Source of the DNA: an uncultured Actinomycetes bacterium
GTDB lineage: Bacteria; Actinomycetota; UBA4738; HRBIN12
Reading direction: 5' to 3'
Assembly: GCA_963704725.1 (NCBI GenBank)
Contig: OY969934.1
Span: forward strand, 2,880,001-2,944,000
Length of the DNA: 64,000 nucleotides
The first letter of the stretch is position 1; each line of letters begins with the position of its first letter. This document shows, one piece after another, positions 9,664 to 19,673 of this stretch. Position numbers and translations under genes: made by a program. Below the pieces are notes generated by a model that saw nothing but the letters and a program-made list of their open reading frames with translations, did no database searches and was not told the origin of the DNA.

Positions 9664-12600
9664 TCAGGCCACGATCACCTGCCTCGTCGTCGTCCCCGAC
9701 CGCTTCCACACGTCGCTCACCGTGAGCGTCACCGTGTATGTGCCCGCGGCCGCGTAGGTGTGGGACGGCGTCGACGACGTGCTTGTCGGCGTGCCGTCGC
9801 CGAAGTCCCACAGGTAGGTCATGGCGTCGCCGTTCGGATCCGTCGACCCGATGCCCGAGAACGAGCAGACCAACCCCGTGCAGACCGGGCTGCTGATCAG
9901 CGGCGCCGGCGCCGCGTTGTCCGACGGCTCGGTCCGGGTGATCTGGATCCACGTGCTCGCCGACCTCCCCCACCCGTCGGTCACCGTGAGCGTGACGGTG
10001 TAGGTGCCCGAGGCGGAGAACGTATGGGAGAGCGCCGTCGACGTGCTCGTCGGGGTCCCGTCGCCGAAGTCCCACACCCGGGTGAACGTGTCGCCCACGT
10101 TCGGGTCCGTGGACGCCGCGCTTGAGAGGTTGCACGTCAGCCCGGCGCACGACGGTGTGCTGATCACTGGCGTCGGGGCGACGTTCCCGGTCGGCTCCGC
10201 GATCGTCACGGTCTGGGAGGACGAGCCCGTGGCGCCGTACTCGTCCCTCACCGTCAGCGTCACCGTGAACGCGCCGGCGGCCGTGTACGTCCGCGTCGGC
10301 ACGGGCCCCGATCCCGACCCGTTGCCGAAGTTCCAGGAGTACGTGAGGGTCACCGCGTGCTCGTCGGTCGACGACCGGCCGTCGAACGAGCACACGTTCT
10401 GGACGCAGCTGTACGTGAAGCTCGCGACGGGCGGGTCGTTCGGCGGCACCTGCACCGTCACGCCGCGCTCGATCGGAGGCGTCGTGGAGAAGCCGTGTTG
10501 GTCGACACCGCGCGCGAAGACCGTGTAGGCGCCCGCCGGGATCGCCGGCGACGTGTAGGCGAAGCTCGACCCGGGCGAGCCGGGACTGTTCAGGAACGCG
10601 GTTCGCCAGCTCTGCGTCGTGCTGGTGAACGTACCGGTCGAGCTCATGTACCGGCCGAGGCTGTCCCGGATCGAGACCTGCACGGACGCCATCTGCTGGT
10701 CGTCCTCGAATCGGCCGCTCACGAGGATCCTCGCGTCGGTGAAGACGGCGCCCTCGGAGGGGGCAAACACCTCCGTCGAGGACAGCGCCGGAGGCGTGTC
10801 GCCGGGGAAGACGACGTATCGAGCGGTCGCCCCCGACGTGGAGGCGTCCTGTTGGTCCGACGTGTCGAAGGCGAACGCCGTAACCGAGTAGTCGCCGGCG
10901 TTCGGCAGGTCGACGGCCAGCGACCAGCTCGAGCTCGTCGCATTCGGGTTGGCGAGCGTCGCGACGAGCCCGGAAAACAAAGCGCCCATCGTGCCGTTCG
11001 GCTGGACGTACAGGCTGGTATCGCGGTCCTGGATCGACACCTGTACGGCCTTGACGCCCATGTCGTCGGTCGCCGTGCCGGTCAGGTCGAGGTGCAGCAC
11101 CTGCAGGCCGGTTTGGGTACCGGTGACGTCGAGCCCTGTGTCCGGGAAGGCGTCGCCGGGGACCTGGACGGTGATCGTCAGGGATCCGCGGTTCGCCGAT
11201 GAGGTGGTGAGCTCCAGGTTGTCGGTCGCCCGGACCTGGAAGGTGTACAGGCCGGGCTTGAGGTTGAACGGCGTCGTGTACGACCAGTTGTAGCTGGTCC
11301 CCGTGAGGTTCAGCGGAGTGATCCGGTACCACCCCGCAACCACGCCCGCTCCCCACGTGCCGTCCGAGGCGAGGTTCTCCCGGGTGACGGAGTTGCGCAG
11401 CGAGACCTCGACGCTCCTCAGGGCCTGGTCGTCGGTTGCGGACCCCGAGAAGCTCACCGGATTCCCGGGCGACATCGTCAGCGGGCTCGCCGGCGTCGGC
11501 GGATTCATCACGGCCGGCGTCGTAATCGACACACTCGGCGCGATGGCGTTCGCGCTCACGAGCCACGTGCGCACCGAGCTTCGCAGGTCGGACTGACCCG
11601 TGGTGTCGACCGCCGTCGCCTGCATCTTCCACTCGCCCTCGAACGGAACCGTCCACTCCCACGACCACGTGGCGTTCGTCGCGCCGATGACGTCGGGGGC
11701 GCCGCGGAAGGAGTTGTAGATGGGGTCGACCGTCCCGTCGTCCTGCAGGTATCGCTCCTGCTCGTCCTGCAGCGAATACCTGATCGAGTTGACGCCGAGG
11801 TCGTCCTGTGCCGTACCGGTCGCGGTGAAGGTCAGCGTTGGGATCACCGCAGCGGTGGGACCCGTGATCGACGTCGTGGGGGTGGCGTCCGCCAACCCGA
11901 ACGTCTCGAACTTCTTGGTCGGAAGGGAGTTCTCACGGCTTCCGTTCACGCCGAACGTCCGTGACCGGACCAGCAGCGTTCGGTTCCCCGAGATCGTGTA
12001 CGGCAGGGACCATGCCGTCGACGTCGCGCCCGGCGACACGAGGTTCGCGTTGATCGCGTTGAACGCCGTCGACCACGTCACGAGGTCGTCCTGGAGCCAT
12101 CGCTGCGGACTCCCGCGCTGGATCATCTCCACCTGCACACGCTGGACGCCGCTGTTGGCGCTCGCCGTGCCGTCGACGACGAACTCGACGTCGGCCTCCT
12201 CCACGCGGCCCTCGATCGGGTTCACGATCCTCGACTCGTTCGCCTCGGGCGCCGGGAGCGTGTCGAGGTCGTAGAAGGCGACCCGCCCGGTAGTCACGTC
12301 GCCCTGGAGGTTGCCGTCACCTCCCGCGAAGAGGCCGCGGGGAGTGACGAGCATGGCCTCGTTCCCGTGCGACGAGTTCGACCCGGGGTTCCACTCGAGC
12401 GCGTGTCCCGTGACGGGGTCGAGCGCGGCGATGTGATCGACCCGGACGACCTCGTCGCCGAGCCCGTAGCCGGACAGTCCCTGACCCGTGCCGTAGCCGA
12501 CGTCGTCGAGCCCGGGCCACGGGTCCGGAGCGGTCGGCGACTCGGTGAACTGGAAGTGGCCGCCGATGTACACGGCGACCTCGCTGATCGCGATCGAGTA

Positions 12601-14463
12601 GATGCTGTCGAAGTTCCGCGTGATCCATAGTGGCTGCACGCCCTCGCCACCGTCGATCGGGAAGGCGATCGCGGTATCGCTGATCGGCGGGGCGTCGCCG
12701 CCGTTGCCCGACGTCACGACGAAGTACTGGTCGTTCGGAGCGATCGCCCCCGCGAAGATCCGCTGGATCCCTCCGACGGCCTGGAGGTTGTCCGCCCAGA
12801 TCGTGGAGTGCCACGGAAGCAGCTGATTGGTCCGTAGGTCGATCAGGGCGACGCCGTGCCGGTCCTGCCCGTTGACCTGTCGTCCGGTGTGGACGACGAC
12901 CAGCTTGGTTCCGTCGTGCGTGACCACGAGTGCGTGGACGGTCAGACGACCCTCCGTGGCGATGCCGCCGGAGATGTTGTTGACGAAGCTGGAGACGACC
13001 TGGCCGGTACCGGCGTTCACCGCCGCGAGGCCGACATGCGGCTCGCCGTTGACGGCGGTGAAGTCGCCGCCCAGGTAGACGGTGGTGTTCGTCGCATCGA
13101 CCGATTCGACGACGGCGCTCGCGTTCGCAGTGAAGCCGGCGATCGTTGCACCCGTCGTGGGGTTGAGCGCGACGACCTTGCGCTTCGTTACGCCGTTCAC
13201 GGTGTTGAACCGACCGACAGCGTAGAGCCTGGTGCCGTCGGGCGACGCTTCGATCTCGTTGATGCTGCCGTCGAACGTGGGGCGGAAGGCCGTGTCGACG
13301 AGCCCCGAGTCGATGTTGTACGCCGCGAGCCTTGGCTGATTCACCGTGGTCGTGTTGGTCGGCGTATTGTTCCGGATCGAGGTGAACGACCCGACGATGA
13401 ACACCCGGTTCCCGATGGCTTCGATATCCGTGACGCGGCCCGACGTGATCCGCGGAAGGTTGTTCCGCGCCGTGGCGGGGACAAGTGTCGTGTGGCCCGG
13501 ACCCGGTTGCGGCACCGGCGAGGAGACCGTGATCGACGCCGACGGGGGGCTCTTGGCGCTCGCGTTGTTGGCCGCGTCGACGGCGTCGACCGTGTAGGTG
13601 TGGGTCGACCCGTTCGCGAGACCCGTGTCGCCGAATGAGGTGGCGGTCGTCGCTCCGACCGGCGTCGCCCCCCCGTCACGGTAGATGCGGTAGGTGATCG
13701 GTTGCGACGCGTCCGTGGACGCGGCCCAGGAGATCTGGATGGTGCCCGGCAGGGGGCTGCTTCCCGTGGGCTGGCCCGGCGTGGTGGGGGGCGTCGTGTC
13801 CGCCACGCCCTCGTCGCCGACCGACTGGTCGAGGATCACATGGTCGAAGTTGGCGGTGAACGTCTTGGCCGAGTTGTCGCCGATCATGATCCGGCCCACC
13901 GGCGTCGTGCCGGTATTGGCCTGCCACGCGTTCACGATCCGGATCTGGTCCCGGTACAGGTCCCACGTCGAGCTCGTTCCGATCGAGCCGCAGACCTCGA
14001 CGTTGTGCCAGCCCGATCCCAGTGCCACACCCGAGACCCTCTGCGTGCCCGACGCGTCGGAGCGGATCGCGAGCGCACCCGCCGACGTCACGAAGACCCT
14101 CAGGATCGCGCCGTTGGCCGCGGTGCGAAGGCGAAGCAACACGATGCTGGACCCCGACGCCAGGTTGACGTCCTCGCTCATGCACACCTGGGCGTAGGTC
14201 GACCCGAGCTGACGATCGGCGAACGCCGACTGACCCGTGACCTGCGCCCGCGCGCTCGGCGCGGCCGGCGAGCCGCTGCCGTTGTCGATCGTGAGCCGCG
14301 TCGCCGACGTCCAGTTGGAGAAGCTCCCGCTCGCGAAGTCGTCGGAGAAGATCGGCGCCGCAAGGGCCGGCGTCGCCACCGCCTCCAGCAGTCCGGCCAG
14401 TAGGACCGTGAGCCCCAGCAGCAAGATCGCGCGACGTCTGCCGTTGCGCCTTCGTACCCTCAT
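9664..14463 (-). CDS. Large secreted multidomain protein (ConA-like, FN3, beta-propeller, Ig-like repeats, three PKD domains)
   Basis: Signal peptide (RRRAILLLG...ALA); FN3-like DTTPPTTPG..YTVDAVDAANN; three C-terminal W.FG(D/N)G...YTVTLTV PKD-type repeats. ATG at 14463 follows a G-rich RBS. Confidence 0.8.
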   Translation of the reverse strand: MRVRRRNGRRRAILLLGLTVLLAGLLEAVATPALAAPIFSDDFASGSFSNWTSATRLTIDNGSGSPAAPSARAQVTGQSAFADRQLGSTYAQVCMSEDVNLASGSSIVLLRLRTAANGAILRVFVTSAGALAIRSDASGTQRVSGVALGSGWHNVEVCGSIGTSSTWDLYRDQIRIVNAWQANTGTTPVGRIMIGDNSAKTFTANFDHVILDQSVGDEGVADTTPPTTPGQPTGSSPLPGTIQISWAASTDASQPITYRIYRDGGATPVGATTATSFGDTGLANGSTHTYTVDAVDAANNASAKSPPSASITVSSPVPQPGPGHTTLVPATARNNLPRITSGRVTDIEAIGNRVFIVGSFTSIRNNTPTNTTTVNQPRLAAYNIDSGLVDTAFRPTFDGSINEIEASPDGTRLYAVGRFNTVNGVTKRKVVALNPTTGATIAGFTANASAVVESVDATNTTVYLGGDFTAVNGEPHVGLAAVNAGTGQVVSSFVNNISGGIATEGRLTVHALVVTHDGTKLVVVHTGRQVNGQDRHGVALIDLRTNQLLPWHSTIWADNLQAVGGIQRIFAGAIAPNDQYFVVTSGNGGDAPPISDTAIAFPIDGGEGVQPLWITRNFDSIYSIAISEVAVYIGGHFQFTESPTAPDPWPGLDDVGYGTGQGLSGYGLGDEVVRVDHIAALDPVTGHALEWNPGSNSSHGNEAMLVTPRGLFAGGDGNLQGDVTTGRVAFYDLDTLPAPEANESRIVNPIEGRVEEADVEFVVDGTASANSGVQRVQVEMIQRGSPQRWLQDDLVTWSTAFNAINANLVSPGATSTAWSLPYTISGNRTLLVRSRTFGVNGSRENSLPTKKFETFGLADATPTTSITGPTAAVIPTLTFTATGTAQDDLGVNSIRYSLQDEQERYLQDDGTVDPIYNSFRGAPDVIGATNATWSWEWTVPFEGEWKMQATAVDTTGQSDLRSSVRTWLVSANAIAPSVSITTPAVMNPPTPASPLTMSPGNPVSFSGSATDDQALRSVEVSLRNSVTRENLASDGTWGAGVVAGWYRITPLNLTGTSYNWSYTTPFNLKPGLYTFQVRATDNLELTTSSANRGSLTITVQVPGDAFPDTGLDVTGTQTGLQVLHLDLTGTATDDMGVKAVQVSIQDRDTSLYVQPNGTMGALFSGLVATLANPNATSSSWSLAVDLPNAGDYSVTAFAFDTSDQQDASTSGATARYVVFPGDTPPALSSTEVFAPSEGAVFTDARILVSGRFEDDQQMASVQVSIRDSLGRYMSSTGTFTSTTQSWRTAFLNSPGSPGSSFAYTSPAIPAGAYTVFARGVDQHGFSTTPPIERGVTVQVPPNDPPVASFTYSCVQNVCSFDGRSSTDEHAVTLTYSWNFGNGSGSGPVPTRTYTAAGAFTVTLTVRDEYGATGSSSQTVTIAEPTGNVAPTPVISTPSCAGLTCNLSSAASTDPNVGDTFTRVWDFGDGTPTSTSTALSHTFSASGTYTVTLTVTDGWGRSASTWIQITRTEPSDNAAPAPLISSPVCTGLVCSFSGIGSTDPNGDAMTYLWDFGDGTPTSTSSTPSHTYAAAGTYTVTLTVSDVWKRSGTTTRQVIVA

Positions 14464-14505
14464 GACTACCCCCCGTTGCATGTCTTGTTGCACGTTCCGT
14501 CACTG

Positions 14506-14545
14506 TCCGGTCGACGATCACGTCTGAGCGGATCGGTCGACCGGA
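14506..14545. promoter_or_regulatory. Inverted repeat upstream of the PKD gene, plus GTTGCA direct repeats at 14475 and 14487
   Basis: tccggtcgacgatc ... gatcggtcgaccgga (one bulge), read directly. Confidence 0.4.
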
Positions 14546-14729
14546 TGCCAGCGGCGGACGCCCGAACAGGTGAGTTCGATTAGGGCAATCATGGCGGTTC
14601 AACCCCGCGCGGACCTCATCCGAACGGCTCATTTGCTGCCATCTGGTGGACGTTCGTCCTAAGCCACACGCCGACGCCGAGAGGGCCCGGCCGTGCCTCG
14701 GCCGGACCCTCGCGCCGCGCGGCCCGGGT

Positions 14730-16652
14730 CTAGCGGGCAGGTCCCAGGAACGTCGTGAAATCGACGGCCGCGTCGTCCGCCCAGAAGGTCACGTCCGATC
14801 CGACAACCCCGCAGGGGCCGAGCTCGACCTCGTCGGTGACGGTACCGATGGCTTGACCGGCGGGCGACGTCACGGCCTGCGTCGCCTTCGTCGCGCTCGC
14901 CTTGTTGAACAGCTTGATCTGCACGAGGCCGGTCGTGTGATCCACTCGCCACTCGATGCGCACCCATCTCCCGGCGGCGACCGACGTCGACGTCGTCGCG
15001 ATGGCGACGCCGGCGCCGTCGCGAACCCGGAGGCGGCCCGTCTGCGTGACTTCGATGGAGAGACCGAGCCTATCGTCGCCCGATGCGGTGACGAGCCGGA
15101 CATCACCGGCTGGGAGCCGCTCGAACCACAGGTACATGCGTCCGAACCACAGGCTCTGCTCTCCGAACGCCGAGCTCCACGCGTAGTACGACTCCAGGCC
15201 GGAGCCAGCGACGTGCTTGGCCGAGAGGCCCTCGCCTCGCGTGTGCTTGTCGTCGAAGACAAGGCTCGCGCCCGGATCTGCCTCCACCTCGTTGAACGCG
15301 GTCCCGCTGCTCCCACCCGTGTTCGTCGGGGTGAGGGCGGCGCCCACTTGCCCACCGTCGAAGGAGTTCGTGATGGGACCAACGACCGGTGACGGGCTCG
15401 GGGACGGTGACGGGCTCGGGGACGGTGACGGGCTCGGGGACGGTGACGGGCTCGGGGACGGTGACGGGCTCGGGGACGGTGACGGGCTCGGGGACGGTGA
15501 CGGGCTCGGGGACGGTGACGGGCTCGGGGACGGACTCGGAGACGGAGATGGACTCGGGCTCGGGGACGGACTCGGGCTCGGGGACGGACTCGGGCTCGGG
15601 GACGGACTCGGAGACGGAGATGGGCTCGGAGACGGGGACGGGGTCGGCGCGCCCGGGTTGAACCAGGCGGTCGCTCCGGCCTCGCGGAAGCCAGCGGTCG
15701 AGGATGGCGACGTGTCGATCCACCACTGATAGGGGTTGTCGCTGTCGAAGTAGATGACGGCACGAAGATCCGGCCACTGCTGCGCCGTCGTAGTCAGATC
15801 ACGGAACCACATGCCCTTGCGTCCCGGCGTGGCCGGGTCCTCCTGGACGCCGGTCTCGGCAACCATCCACGGCTTCCCGTGCGCGAGCGCGAACGACCGC
15901 GCGTACTGGAAGACGTTCTGGAAGGAGGACCACGAAGATCGGGCTCGTCCCGGGAACCAGCTGTAGCCGTCCGCAGCCAGCAGGTCGACGTAGGCGTCGC
16001 CTGGATACCAGGCCGACGGGTTCTGCCCGGACCGTGAGTCGAAGGACCAGGCCATCAGGTTCCATACGAAGGCGACGTTCGTCACGCCCTGAGCCCTGAA
16101 GATGTCGACGACCCGCCGATACGCGTTCACGTAGTCGGCCGCCGTGCCGAACTGGCCCACGTTGTCCTCGGGCTCCGCGTCGAACGAGAGATACATCGGG
16201 CTGCCCATCGCCTTGACGGCGTTGGCTCGCTGCGTGATCCACGCGTTCTCAGCACCGGCCGCGATGGAGGTCCACGTGACCGAGGCGCCGTTCAACCGAA
16301 CGGGCTTCCAATTCAGGAAGGGAATCCGGCCTTGGCCGGCCGTCCATGTGTCGTAGGAGGTCGGGAAGGCGTGATCCCACTTTCGGTATTGGTGATCGAC
16401 GGCGAACCGGCGACCGACCATGGACTCGACCCGCTGGATCGCCTGCTGCTGCGTCTCGCCGACATGCGCTTTCGTCCACGCACCGAAGTAGGCGCCGTTC
16501 GTCGGGAGCAGCACGCTCGGGGGAGCCGTCGGGGTGGCCGATGCCGCACCGGTCGGGACGGTGGCGACGGCGATCGCCGTGGTCATGGCGGCAGCGAGGA
16601 ACAACGTCCGCCAGTTCGCTCGAGCTGGACCCTCGCGTCGATTCCGGTGCAT
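14730..16652 (-). CDS. Secreted GH26-like glycoside hydrolase with long Pro-Ser linker and C-terminal beta-sandwich domain
   Basis: Signal peptide; FDAEPE (acid/base-like), [23 protein letters not shown] (nucleophile-like). ATG 16652 after GGAGG. Confidence 0.8.
   Translation of the reverse strand: MHRNRREGPARANWRTLFLAAAMTTAIAVATVPTGAASATPTAPPSVLLPTNGAYFGAWTKAHVGETQQQAIQRVESMVGRRFAVDHQYRKWDHAFPTSYDTWTAGQGRIPFLNWKPVRLNGASVTWTSIAAGAENAWITQRANAVKAMGSPMYLSFDAEPEDNVGQFGTAADYVNAYRRVVDIFRAQGVTNVAFVWNLMAWSFDSRSGQNPSAWYPGDAYVDLLAADGYSWFPGRARSSWSSFQNVFQYARSFALAHGKPWMVAETGVQEDPATPGRKGMWFRDLTTTAQQWPDLRAVIYFDSDNPYQWWIDTSPSSTAGFREAGATAWFNPGAPTPSPSPSPSPSPSPSPSPSPSPSPSPSPSPSPSPSPSPSPSPSPSPSPSPSPSPSPSPSPSPSPSPSPSPSPSPSPSPSPSPSPSPVVGPITNSFDGGQVGAALTPTNTGGSSGTAFNEVEADPGASLVFDDKHTRGEGLSAKHVAGSGLESYYAWSSAFGEQSLWFGRMYLWFERLPAGDVRLVTASGDDRLGLSIEVTQTGRLRVRDGAGVAIATTSTSVAAGRWVRIEWRVDHTTGLVQIKLFNKASATKATQAVTSPAGQAIGTVTDEVELGPCGVVGSDVTFWADDAAVDFTTFLGPAR
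15387..15640. repeat. Coding tandem repeat: eight perfect 18-bp units (cggtgacgggctcgggga, 15387-15530) plus degenerate units, encoding about 40 Pro-Ser
   Basis: Counted directly in the sequence. Confidence 0.95.
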
Positions 16653-16923
16653 CTCCGACCTCCCCTTCCGATCCGAAAGGAGGGAGATCTGGTCGAGGCG
16701 GCTTCGTCGCTGGCTCGGGCCCGGGAAGCACCAGGGCCGTACACTCGCCTCGCCACGGGGTGCCGCTGGGCAGGTCTCCCTCTGATGTCTCGATCCAAAT
16801 CGGCCAGGGATCGGGGAAAGCTCAGGGGATGAAGACCTAGTCCCGACGGGCCATCCGGCCTGGCCCACTCAGGGGAGCGTCGTGCTCAGGCATGCCCGGC
16901 CGCACGCTGTGGGGGACGGAGCT

Positions 16924-16970
16924 CTCGACCGTCGCCGACTCGGGGATGCCCCGAAGACGACACGGTCGAG
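16924..16970 (-). terminator. Long imperfect hairpin immediately after the glmM stop
   Basis: ctcgaccgt...cgggg-atg-cccga...acggtcgag; no U-tract. Confidence 0.55.
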
Positions 16971-16972
16971 GA

Positions 16973-18301
16973 TCAGCCCAGCGCAGAGCGAACGGAGGCC
17001 GCCAGGGCCTCGGCGTGACGCCGGGCGACGTCCTCCGACTCCGCCTCGACCATGACGCGCACGAGAGGCTCGGTGCCGGAGGCGCGGACCAGCACTCGGC
17101 CGGTCTCCCCCAGCTCCGCCTCGGACGCGCGCACCGCGGCCCACAGGTCGTCCGCGCCCTCCAGCGCCTCGCGCCGCGCCACCTCGACGTTGACCAGGAC
17201 CTGCGGGAACCGCCGCATCGCGCCGGCCAGATCGCGCACGGAGACGTCTCGACGGCGGGCGAACGAGAGGAACCGGGCGGAGGTGACGAGCCCGTCCCCG
17301 GTCGTGGCGTGGTCGCGGAAGATCAGGTGCCCCGATTGCTCGCCGCCGAGGACCGCGCCGTGCTCCTGCATCTGCTCGAGGACGTAGCGGTCCCCCACGG
17401 GCGCCTCGATCACGCGGATCCCCGCCTCCCGCATCGCCAGGCGCAGCCCGAGGTTCGACATCACCGTCGTGACGACGAGATCGCCCTCCAGGCGGCCCTC
17501 CTCCTTCATCGCGATCGCGCAGGCGGCCAGGACCTGGTCGCCGTCGATCACGTTGCCCTCCGCGTCGGCGAACAGCGCGCGGTCGGCGTCCCCGTCGTGC
17601 GCAACGCCGACGTCGGCGCCCGCGGCCCTCACCGCCCCCGCCACCACGTCCGGATGGAGCGCGCCGCACCCCACGTTGATGTTCGAGCCGTCGGGGTCGG
17701 CGAAGATCGGGAACACCTGCGCGCCGAGGCGGCGGAGAGCCTCGGGCGCCACGCGCGAGGCGGCGCCGTTGGCGCAGTCGACCACCACCCGGAGCCCGTC
17801 CAGGCGGCACTCGGCCGCCGCGACGACATGGTCGACGTAGTCGGGCGCGTCCGCGGGGAGGTCCAGGACGCGCCCGCCGGAACGGGACGCGGTGTCACCG
17901 CGCGCGAGCACCGCCTCGATCTCGTTCTCGAGGTCGTCGGAGAGCTTGAACCCGTAGGGGCCGAAGAACTTGATGCCGTTGTCCTCGGGCGGGTTGTGGG
18001 AGGCCGAGATCACCACGCCCGATCCCGCCTTCAGCGCGGGGGTGAGGAACGCGACGGCCGGCGTGGGCTCCACCCCCACCAGGTACACGTCCCCGCCCGC
18101 CCCCGTGATCCCCTCGACGAGCGCCGCCTCGAGGAGCTCGCCCGAGGCCCGCGTGTCCCGTCCGATCACGAAGACGGGGGCCTCGCTCTCGTACCGCGTC
18201 AGCACGGCCACCGCGGCCCGTCCCAGATCGCGGGCCAGATCGGTCGTCAGCTCGCGACCGAACCGCCCTCGGACCCCGTCCGTCCCGAAGAGCCGCCCCA
18301 T
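16973..18301 (-). CDS. glmM: Phosphoglucosamine mutase
   Basis: MGRLFGTDGVRG, SASHNP, DGDADR, GEQSGH, RASGTEP. Confidence 0.96.
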   Translation of the reverse strand: MGRLFGTDGVRGRFGRELTTDLARDLGRAAVAVLTRYESEAPVFVIGRDTRASGELLEAALVEGITGAGGDVYLVGVEPTPAVAFLTPALKAGSGVVISASHNPPEDNGIKFFGPYGFKLSDDLENEIEAVLARGDTASRSGGRVLDLPADAPDYVDHVVAAAECRLDGLRVVVDCANGAASRVAPEALRRLGAQVFPIFADPDGSNINVGCGALHPDVVAGAVRAAGADVGVAHDGDADRALFADAEGNVIDGDQVLAACAIAMKEEGRLEGDLVVTTVMSNLGLRLAMREAGIRVIEAPVGDRYVLEQMQEHGAVLGGEQSGHLIFRDHATTGDGLVTSARFLSFARRRDVSVRDLAGAMRRFPQVLVNVEVARREALEGADDLWAAVRASEAELGETGRVLVRASGTEPLVRVMVEAESEDVARRHAEALAASVRSALG

Positions 18302-18365
18302 GTGGGCCGCAAGCGTACCGGCGGCGCCGGGGAGCTCCACGCCGGGCGACGCCCCCACCAGACGA

Positions 18366-19121
18366 TCAGGTCGCCCCGACGGCGCCCCGGCGCGCCCGCA
18401 CGATGGCGGCGAAGATGCCGTCGGGACCCTCGTTCGTCGGGACGATCTCGATCCCTTCGAAGCCGGCCCGCGCCAGCCCGTCGCGGTACTCCGCGAACGA
18501 GAGCGCCCCGGCGATGCACCCGGCGTAGCTCCCGCGCTCGGCGCGCTGCTCGGGCGTCAGCTCGTCGGAGGCCACGACGTCCGCGACGCCGACGCGCCCG
18601 CCCTCGCGGAGCACGCGGTGCATCTCCGCGAACACCTTCGACTTGTCGACCGCCAGGTTGATCACGCAGTTGGAGATGACGACGTCGACGCTCGCGTCCG
18701 GAAGCGGGACCTCCTCGATGTACCCCTTGAGGAACTCCACGTTCGTGACGCCGGCCTCGTCCGAGTTCCGCCGGGCCAGCTCGAGCATCTCGTCGGTCAT
18801 GTCGAGGCCGTAGGCCCTGCCGGTCGCCCCGACCCGCTTGGCCGACAGGATCACGTCGATGCCTCCTCCGGAGCCGAGGTCCAGCACGGTCTCGCCCGCC
18901 CGGAGCTCGGCCACCGCCGTGGGGTTCCCGCAGCCGAGGCTCGCGAGCACGGCGGCGTCCGGCAGGTCGGCGCGATCCAGGGTGCCGTAGAAGGAGGATC
19001 CGTCGTCCTCGGCCGCGCCGCCGCAGCACCCGTCGTCGCAGCACCCGCCCGCCTGCTGGTCGAGCACCTTCAGCGCGGCACCCCGGTAGTGCTCCCGGAC
19101 CTCATCTCGCACGTCGGTCAT
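18366..19121 (-). CDS. arsM: Arsenite S-adenosylmethyltransferase
   Basis: [42 protein letters not shown]; N-terminal GGCCDDGCC; ATGA overlap with arsR. Confidence 0.9.
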   Translation of the reverse strand: MTDVRDEVREHYRGAALKVLDQQAGGCCDDGCCGGAAEDDGSSFYGTLDRADLPDAAVLASLGCGNPTAVAELRAGETVLDLGSGGGIDVILSAKRVGATGRAYGLDMTDEMLELARRNSDEAGVTNVEFLKGYIEEVPLPDASVDVVISNCVINLAVDKSKVFAEMHRVLREGGRVGVADVVASDELTPEQRAERGSYAGCIAGALSFAEYRDGLARAGFEGIEIVPTNEGPDGIFAAIVRARRGAVGAT

Positions 19122-19474
19122 CTCGTCGCCTCCTCTTTCGGCCGGAACACGACCGCCAGGCGCTCCAGCGCCTCGCGGTTCACGGAGTAGTAGGCCCAGG
19201 TGCCGCGCTGCTCGCGCTCGAGCAACCCGGCCTGGGCGAGCTTCTTCAGGTGGAAGCTCACGGTTGGCTGGGACAACCCGAGCTGCGGCGTGAGGTCGCA
19301 GACGCAGACCGGCTGGTCCGCCGTGGCCAGCAGGTTCACGATGCGCACGCGGCTCGGATCCGAGAGCGACTTGAACACGCTCGCCGTCGCGGAGGCCTCC
19401 TCCTGGGACATGCCCACCTCGGCCAGGGGCACGCAGCACTCGGCCGGCGGCTGCAGCACCGTCAGGGCCCGCAT
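19118..19474 (-). CDS. arsR: ArsR/SmtB metalloregulator
   Basis: N-terminal ECC, FKSLSDPSRVRI, VCVCDL, LSQPTVSFHLKKL, RGTWAYY. Confidence 0.9.
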   Translation of the reverse strand: MRALTVLQPPAECCVPLAEVGMSQEEASATASVFKSLSDPSRVRIVNLLATADQPVCVCDLTPQLGLSQPTVSFHLKKLAQAGLLEREQRGTWAYYSVNREALERLAVVFRPKEEATR

Positions 19475-19476
19475 CC

Positions 19477-19641
19477 TCAGCCGACCCGAAGGCCCAGCCG
19501 GGGAGACAACCGCAGGATCTCCTCGTCCCGGGCGGCCCGTCGGCACTCGGCGTCGCATTCGGCGCCGCAGCAGTACTCGAATCGAAGGGGAGCCGAGCGA
19601 TCGGCCCGATCGTCGTGCCTGCGTCCTCGGAAGCTCCCCAT
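19477..19641 (-). CDS. Small Cys-rich protein, 54 aa (absent from the ORF track)
   Basis: GGAGG-7 nt-ATG; MGSFRGRRHDDRADRSAPLRFEYCCGAECDAECRRAARDEEILRLSPRLGLRVG*; stop lies 2 nt before the arsR ATG. Confidence 0.7.
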   Translation of the reverse strand: MGSFRGRRHDDRADRSAPLRFEYCCGAECDAECRRAARDEEILRLSPRLGLRVG

Positions 19642-19673
19642 CGCGCATCCTCCCTCGCCGTCGCGATCTCATT

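Noticed and set aside
15387-15640. Regular repeat array as a possible CRISPR
   Set aside because: Units are contiguous with no unique spacers, are in-frame multiples of 6 bp and encode a Pro-Ser linker; no cas genes.
14870-15777. Alternative-frame repeat ORFs (EPVTVP, RHRPRA, GDGLGD, TVTGSG)
   Set aside because: Shadows of the Pro-Ser repeat inside the GH26-like gene.
18500-18530. Selenocysteine in ArsM or in the small Cys-rich ORF
   Set aside because: The GCIAGA cysteine is encoded by TGC, and read-through of the small ORF's TGA hits another stop within five codons.
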